This document shows positions 6,043 through 10,530 of a stretch of 10,530 nt of DNA, in pieces. This DNA is from an uncultured Lachnospiraceae bacterium (GTDB lineage Bacteria; Bacillota; Clostridia; Lachnospirales; Lachnospiraceae). Location: assembly GCA_905236705.1 (NCBI GenBank), contig CAJOOZ010000119.1, positions 1-10,530 of the forward strand, written 5' to 3'. Each line of letters starts with the position of its first letter. Position 1 is the stretch's first letter. The position numbers and the translations under genes were made by a program. The notes beneath the pieces were generated by a model, which was not told where the DNA came from, ran no database searches, and saw nothing but the letters and a program-made list of their open reading frames with translations.

Positions 6043-6116
6043 GTTACTAGTGCTGGCCGGATTGTTCCGCGCTTCGCACTTCCACGATTCAAACAATACT
6101 CTGCTAAGGAGAAACC

Positions 6117-7757
6117 ATGTACACCTGTCAGGGAAAAATCATTCAACCCGGTCTGGCCATCGGTCCCATAAAGATTTTAAGCAGCGGCTCCGGCATTTCC
6201 GTCAGCCCCGTTGCCATAGAGGATGTCGAGGCGGAGATCGGTCGTTTTAGAAATGCCAGATTCACAGCCACGGATGAACTGCGCACCCTCTCCGAAAAGG
6301 CACTTGCGGATGTAGGCAAAAGCGGCTCTGCCATCTTTGAGGCTTATATGCTGCTTCTGGCTGATGAAGAATACATCGTTGCAGTCGAAAAAAACATCCT
6401 CGCCAATCACGTCAATGCGGAATATGCGATTGACGAAACCTCGCGCGAACTGGAGGCCGTCTTTTCCGCCATCGACGATGAGTATATCCGTGCCCGGGCC
6501 GTGGACATGCGGGATATCTCATCTCGTCTGATCCGCATTTTATCCGGACAAAAAAATGAACCCGGCTATGCAAAAGACCTGACACAGCCCGTCATTCTGT
6601 ACGCCGACGAGCTTTCCCCCGTGGATATACTGCAACTGAACCGCAATATGCTTCTGGGACTGGTCACACGATCCGGCAGCACCAATTCTCACGCTGCGAT
6701 CCTGGCGCGTTCCCTGGAGATCCCCGCTCTGTTCGGGATCGAAACCGACCGTCTGTCGGATATGATACCCGCTGCGCTGGATGCTTATCTGGGTACACTG
6801 ACCATCGATCCTGACAGGGAAACTCTCCGGATGCTGGAGCAGAAAAAGCAAAGCCTTGCGCATCAAAACCGTCTCCTGCAGGAGCTGAAAGGACAGCCCA
6901 GCGTTACAAAGGACGGCCACTTTATCAGTCTCTATGCCAATATCAGCGGTCAGAACGGTGCCGAAAATGCTCTTTCCAACGACGCAGAGGGCATCGGTCT
7001 GCTCAGAACCGAATTTCTGTATCTGGAAAGTGCGGATTATCCATCGGAGGAAACGCAGTTTCAGGCCTATAAGAAAGTTGCCGAGACAATGGCTCCCCGA
7101 AAGGTCATCATCCGAACGCTCGATATCGGTGCGGATAAACAGACCGGTTATTTCAAACTTAAAAAGGAAGAAAATCCGGCTCTGGGTCTTCGCGGGATCC
7201 GTGTCTGCCTGACACGACCGCAGTTATTCAAGACCCAGTTGCGGGCTCTGTACCGGGCAGGCGTCTATGGTCAGATCGCCATCATGTTTCCCATGATCAC
7301 ATCCGTCGAAGAACTCGTAAGCATCAAAAAGATCGCCGCTGAAGTACGCCTTGAACTGTCCGAAGAAAAGATACCCTATCAGGAACCTGAAATGGGTATC
7401 ATGATAGAAACACCGGCCGCCGTTATGATCTCAGATCTGCTGGCCGGGGAAGCTGATTTTTTCTCCATCGGCTCCAATGATCTGACCCAGTACACGCTGG
7501 CCATCGACCGGCAGAACGAGAGCCTTGATGCATTTTATGACCCTCATCACGAAGCGCTGCTGCGGATGCTCCGACTTGTCACGGAAAATGCACACAAAGC
7601 AAATATACGGGTGGGCATCTGCGGAGAGCTGGCCGCCGATCAAAGTCTGACGGAAACTTTTCTGAGAATGGGAATCGATGAGTTGTCCGTATCACCGTCC
7701 CAGATTCTGCCACTTCGCAGAAAGATCCGCGAAACGGATCTGTCCCATTACAATTGA
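6117..7757 (+). CDS. ptsI: Phosphoenolpyruvate-protein phosphotransferase (PTS enzyme I)
   Basis: Active-site His region GSTNSHAAILARSLEIPALFG, the PEP-utilising enzyme signatures ENPALGLRGIRVCL and FFSIGSNDLTQYTLAIDRQNESL, and the C-terminal GICGELAAD block are all present. 546 aa. A strong RBS CTAAGGAGAAACC precedes the ATG. No HPr (ptsH) gene is adjacent. Confidence 0.9.
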   Translation: MYTCQGKIIQPGLAIGPIKILSSGSGISVSPVAIEDVEAEIGRFRNARFTATDELRTLSEKALADVGKSGSAIFEAYMLLLADEEYIVAVEKNILANHVNAEYAIDETSRELEAVFSAIDDEYIRARAVDMRDISSRLIRILSGQKNEPGYAKDLTQPVILYADELSPVDILQLNRNMLLGLVTRSGSTNSHAAILARSLEIPALFGIETDRLSDMIPAALDAYLGTLTIDPDRETLRMLEQKKQSLAHQNRLLQELKGQPSVTKDGHFISLYANISGQNGAENALSNDAEGIGLLRTEFLYLESADYPSEETQFQAYKKVAETMAPRKVIIRTLDIGADKQTGYFKLKKEENPALGLRGIRVCLTRPQLFKTQLRALYRAGVYGQIAIMFPMITSVEELVSIKKIAAEVRLELSEEKIPYQEPEMGIMIETPAAVMISDLLAGEADFFSIGSNDLTQYTLAIDRQNESLDAFYDPHHEALLRMLRLVTENAHKANIRVGICGELAADQSLTETFLRMGIDELSVSPSQILPLRRKIRETDLSHYN

Positions 7758-7782
7758 CAGTATTTTCAGAATATTTTATAAT
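7754..7782 (+). promoter_or_regulatory. Perfect-consensus sigma-A promoter TTGACA-17-TATAAT overlapping the ptsI stop codon, driving the HD-GYP / SPFH genes
   Basis: TTGACA at 7754-7759 overlaps the ptsI TGA at 7755-7757. A 17-nt spacer gtattttcagaatattt follows, then TATAAT at 7777-7782. The AT-rich spacer and discriminator fit the call, and TATAGT follows at 7783-7788. The predicted TSS is about 7789-7790, about 40 nt before the HD-GYP start. Confidence 0.6.
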
Positions 7783-7832
7783 TATAGTAACTGTTTTTAG
7801 ATAATTTTCACCGCCGAAGGGGGGCGATGTAT

Positions 7833-8912
7833 ATGAAGAAGGTGCTGGTTCGGGATCTTCGTCCCGGTATGATCACAGCCGAGGATATTTATTCCATCGA
7901 CGGGCAGTTGATACTGTCCAAGAATTTCGTACTGGAACCGGAGAGCATTCAGCGGCTGGAGGGTTTTTCCGTCTACTCCATACGGATCTCCGATCAGGTT
8001 TCCTCCGTTGCCACAGATGCGGCTCCGCAGCCGCCCTCCAACAAGGAACGGATCCGTGCCAACCCGCAGTTCAGGGCTTTTCGCGCCAGTTTTGAAGAGA
8101 ATGTGACAACCCTGCGCACCACTCTGAATGCGGCGGTTACAGCCAATTCCAATTTCGATGCGGAAAATGTTTTGTCACAGACCCTCTCATTGATCGGCAA
8201 ATCCGAGCAATCCTCGCTCAGCATGATGGACATGCTGCTCAATATGCGTGACTATGATGATTCCACCTATGCGCATATGGTCAACTGCTCCATCCTCTGT
8301 AATATCTTCGCGGGATGGCTCAGATTCGATCAGAGGGAACGGGTACTGGCTACCAGTTGCGGTCTGTTTCACGATATCGGGAATCTGCGGATTTCCGAGG
8401 ACATTCTGAAAAAGCCGGAGGCTCTCTCCTACAAAGAAAGAGAGCTGGTGAAGCGCCATGCGCTGGAGGGATATAATATCCTGAGTCAGCAATCCCTTCA
8501 TCCCGAGATCAAAAATTCAGCCCTGATGCATCATGAAAGATGCGACGGCAGCGGCTACCCCTACGGTTTTACCTCAGACAAGATCTCGAAGTTTTCCAAA
8601 CTGGTTGCCATCGTTGACGTATACAATGCCATGACCAGCAAACGGCCTTATCGCAAGGCGATCTGTCCTTTCACGGTAGTGGAGGAGCTTCAGGCGCAGG
8701 AATTTGATAAATTTGATACAGATATGATGCTGACTTTTCTGAAAAATGTCTGCGACGGGTTTATCGGCAACAGGGTTCGGCTCTCCAACGGGATCGAAGG
8801 AGAGATCGTCTTTATCCATCCGAATGACCTGTCCCGTCCTACGATCCAATGCGGACAGAAGTTTTTGGATCTGTCAGCGCACAAAGATATCAGGATTATG
8901 GCCATCATTTAG
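7833..8912 (+). CDS. HD-GYP domain protein (probable cyclic-di-GMP phosphodiesterase) with uncharacterised N-terminal region
   Basis: HD motif LFHDIGNLRI and the HD-GYP signature MHHERCDGSGYPYGF are present. The track start ATG 7827 (MYMKK) lies only about 2 nt after the GAAGGGGGG SD. ATG 7833 (MKKVLV…) has better spacing, so I prefer it. About 359 aa. Confidence 0.8.
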   Translation: MKKVLVRDLRPGMITAEDIYSIDGQLILSKNFVLEPESIQRLEGFSVYSIRISDQVSSVATDAAPQPPSNKERIRANPQFRAFRASFEENVTTLRTTLNAAVTANSNFDAENVLSQTLSLIGKSEQSSLSMMDMLLNMRDYDDSTYAHMVNCSILCNIFAGWLRFDQRERVLATSCGLFHDIGNLRISEDILKKPEALSYKERELVKRHALEGYNILSQQSLHPEIKNSALMHHERCDGSGYPYGFTSDKISKFSKLVAIVDVYNAMTSKRPYRKAICPFTVVEELQAQEFDKFDTDMMLTFLKNVCDGFIGNRVRLSNGIEGEIVFIHPNDLSRPTIQCGQKFLDLSAHKDIRIMAII

Positions 8913-8964
8913 AATCATGCTTCCCATGCGGAAGTTTGAAAAAAATATAAAGGAGAGATAAGAT

Positions 8965-10347
8965 ATGGGTTTAATCAGAGCAGCACTTAACGCAGCCGGC
9001 GGAGTCGCAGCCGACCAGTGGAGAGAATATTTCTACTGCGACGCACTTCCCGAGAACGTATTATTGAGAAAGGGAACACCGAAACACAGTGATAAGCGTA
9101 AATCTGCTAACACCAAGGGCGAAAACAACATCATTTCCAACGGTTCTGTCATTGCCGTAAATGAAGGTCAGTGTATGTTGATCGTAGAGCAGGGTAAGGT
9201 AGTGGATATCTGCGCCGAGCCCGGTGAATTCGTATATGATACTTCTTCCGAGCCCTCCATCCTGTATGGTGATCTTGGGGAAAACCTGAAGGCAACTCTG
9301 TCCAATATCGGCAGACGTTTTAGCTTTGGCGGCGACGCTGCCAAGGATCAGCGCATTTACTATGTTAATACCAAGGAGATCATGCGCAATAAATACGGTA
9401 CTCCGACACCGGTACCTTTCCGCGTTGTCAATGATAAACTGGGGCTGGATATGGACACCAGAGTGCAGTGCCACGGTCAATACTCCTTCAAGATCGCAGA
9501 TCCCATTATCTTTTATACCAAAGTATGTGCTAACGTACCGGATGAATTTACCAAAGAAAATCTGCTTGACCAGATGAAGACTGAGATCAATACGGCTCTG
9601 GCTCCGGCACTGGCCAAGATATCAGCCATGGGTGTCCGTTATTCCGAAGTTCCCGCTCATACCAAGGAACTTACCCAGGCCATGAAAGACGAGCTCTCCG
9701 ATGACTGGACACAGGGCCGCGGCATCGAGATCGTTTCCTTCGGGATTGATTCCTTAAAGCTTCCCACCGAAATCGAGAAAAAGCTGGAAGAACTATCGCA
9801 GACTGCTGTATTTACCAATCCCGGTATGGCAGCCGCCAACCTGACACTGGCACAGGGCGAGGCCATGAAGGCAGCTGCAGCCAATACCGCAACCGGTCCC
9901 ATGATGGCATTTGCGGGTATGAATATGGCACAGCAGGCAGGCGGCATCAATGCAGGCAATCTCTTTGCCATGCAGCAGCAACAGCAGCTGCAGGCCGCCC
10001 AGGCTCAGCAGATGCAAGCCGCTCAAACGCAGCAGGCAGCTGCTCCCGCCGCCCCCGCAGCAGGAGGCTGGACATGTGGCTGCGGACATACGGGAAATAC
10101 CGGCAACTTCTGCGCAGAGTGTGGTGCCCGCAAGCCGGAGGAACAGACGGCAGACGGTTGGATCTGTCCTTCCTGTCAGACACAGAACAAAGGAAAATTC
10201 TGCAGTCAGTGTGGTACTCCCAAGCCGGCAGGCGAGCCCCTTTATAAATGCGATAAATGCGGATGGGAACCGGAAGACCCTCATCATCCTCCGAAGTTCT
10301 GTCCTCAGTGCGGAGATCCTTTTGATGAAAACGATATTCAGAAATAA
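8965..10347 (+). CDS. SPFH/band-7-family protein of the YdjI-like group (COG4260 'virion core protein-like') with Q/A-rich linker and three C-terminal zinc-ribbon modules
   Basis: The N-terminal MGLIRAALNAAGGVAADQWREYFYCDALPENVLLRKG…NGSVIAVNEGQCMLIVEQGKVVD is the pattern I recall for the YdjI-type SPFH family. The tail has three CxxC…CxxC units (FCAECG; CPSC…CSQCG; CDKC…CPQCG), preceded by QQQQQLQAAQAQQMQAAQTQQAAAPAAPAAGG. RBS AAAGGAGAG sits 7 nt before the ATG. Confidence 0.75.
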   Translation: MGLIRAALNAAGGVAADQWREYFYCDALPENVLLRKGTPKHSDKRKSANTKGENNIISNGSVIAVNEGQCMLIVEQGKVVDICAEPGEFVYDTSSEPSILYGDLGENLKATLSNIGRRFSFGGDAAKDQRIYYVNTKEIMRNKYGTPTPVPFRVVNDKLGLDMDTRVQCHGQYSFKIADPIIFYTKVCANVPDEFTKENLLDQMKTEINTALAPALAKISAMGVRYSEVPAHTKELTQAMKDELSDDWTQGRGIEIVSFGIDSLKLPTEIEKKLEELSQTAVFTNPGMAAANLTLAQGEAMKAAAANTATGPMMAFAGMNMAQQAGGINAGNLFAMQQQQQLQAAQAQQMQAAQTQQAAAPAAPAAGGWTCGCGHTGNTGNFCAECGARKPEEQTADGWICPSCQTQNKGKFCSQCGTPKPAGEPLYKCDKCGWEPEDPHHPPKFCPQCGDPFDENDIQK

Positions 10348-10357
10348 GCCATAGTAA

Positions 10358-10383
10358 GGGGCAGCCGAAAGGCTGCCCCTTTT
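10358..10383 (+). terminator. Rho-independent terminator after the SPFH gene
   Basis: GGGGCAGCC (10358-10366), GAAA loop, GGCUGCCCC (10371-10379), then UUUU (10380-10383). It starts 11 nt after the TAA. Confidence 0.85.
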
Positions 10384-10445
10384 GAATGAATACGGGTTGT
10401 ATATATCTTACGGCTCCATAGCACCTGCTTGCGGATCTGTAAGTT

Positions 10446-10467
10446 CAAGACTCGCTCGCGAGTCTTG
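10446..10467. repeat. 22-bp perfect palindrome CAAGACTCGC-tc-GCGAGTCTTG
   Basis: The arms are exact reverse complements. No flanking T/A run on either strand, so it is not a classic terminator. Confidence 0.5.
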
Positions 10468-10520
10468 GCGCGGGATTTGCAAAAGCTTCGCTGACATATT
10501 TCCTATGCAAATCCCTGCGC
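10468..10520. other. Long imperfect inverted repeat / hairpin (14-bp arms GCGCGGGATTTGCA … TGCAAATCCC(t)GCGC, 24-nt loop) at the window edge
   Basis: Arm 1 is 10468-10481. Arm 2 is 10506-10520, with one extra T. It is immediately adjacent to the 22-bp palindrome. The window ends 10 nt later. Confidence 0.4.
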
Positions 10521-10530
10521 ATCCTCGCGG

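Noticed and set aside
6143-6920. Minus-strand ORFs inside ptsI (6143..6334, 6177..6410, 6540..6920) and the + ORFs 6934..7212 and 7431..7643
   Set aside because: They are internal to, or out of frame with, a canonical enzyme I whose signatures are continuous. These are shadow ORFs.
7994-8908. Minus-strand ORFs inside the HD-GYP gene (7994..8242, 8187..8501, 8574..8849, 8690..8908)
   Set aside because: They are antisense to a gene with an intact HD…HHExxDGxGYP signature.
8913-8964. Small hairpin CTTCC-catgc-GGAAG between the HD-GYP and SPFH genes
   Set aside because: It has a 5-bp stem and is followed by TTTGAAAAAAA rather than a U-tract, so it is too weak to call a terminator. It is probably irrelevant or at most an RNase/processing site.
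9061-10354. ORFs antisense to or overlapping the SPFH gene (9061..9480, 9657..9971, 9793..10287, 9947..10183, 9950..10354, 9326..9577)
   Set aside because: The SPFH frame carries recognisable family motifs and zinc ribbons. The alternates are Cys/Arg-rich shadows of the GC-rich Q/A/zinc-ribbon coding DNA.

Overview
The window looks like Firmicutes/Clostridia-type chromosomal DNA (about 50-55% GC, AGGAGG-type ribosome-binding sites, sigma-A-like promoters). I can support twelve coding regions; functions are assigned from motifs I recognise, not from database searches. Left to right: (1) a partial Lrp/AsnC-family regulator (minus); (2) an ORF that is only the C-terminal half of a PurM/AIR-synthase-like fold (minus); (3) a secreted VanW-family protein with a G5-like region and an Ala/Gln-rich low-complexity tail (minus), closed by an 8-bp-stem terminator hairpin; (4) a 35-aa single-TM micro-ORF with a strong RBS, positioned for translational coupling into the VanW gene and absent from the ORF track; (5) a divergent, domain-less membrane-anchored hypothetical protein (plus); (6) a minus-strand four-gene string of two paralogous XRE-family HTH regulators, endonuclease III (nth) and a DnaQ-like DEDDh 3'-5' exonuclease with a C-terminal extension; (7) an orphan PTS enzyme I (ptsI, plus); (8) a perfect-consensus TTGACA-17-TATAAT promoter overlapping the ptsI stop codon, driving (9) an HD-GYP domain protein and (10) a YdjI-like SPFH/band-7 protein with a Q/A-rich linker and three C-terminal zinc ribbons, followed by a clean Rho-independent terminator. 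Two strong palindromes/hairpins sit at the right edge. Hunt candidates, all unverified: the micro-ORF coupled to the VanW gene, the truncated PurM-like ORF, direct-repeat candidate operator motifs in the XRE/ptsI divergent region, the Cys-conserving tandem XRE pair upstream of repair genes, the consensus promoter, and the right-edge palindromes. No CRISPR array, transposase, integrase, tRNA or rRNA gene is evident. Most long ORFs in the supplied track that run antisense to these genes look like shadow ORFs.
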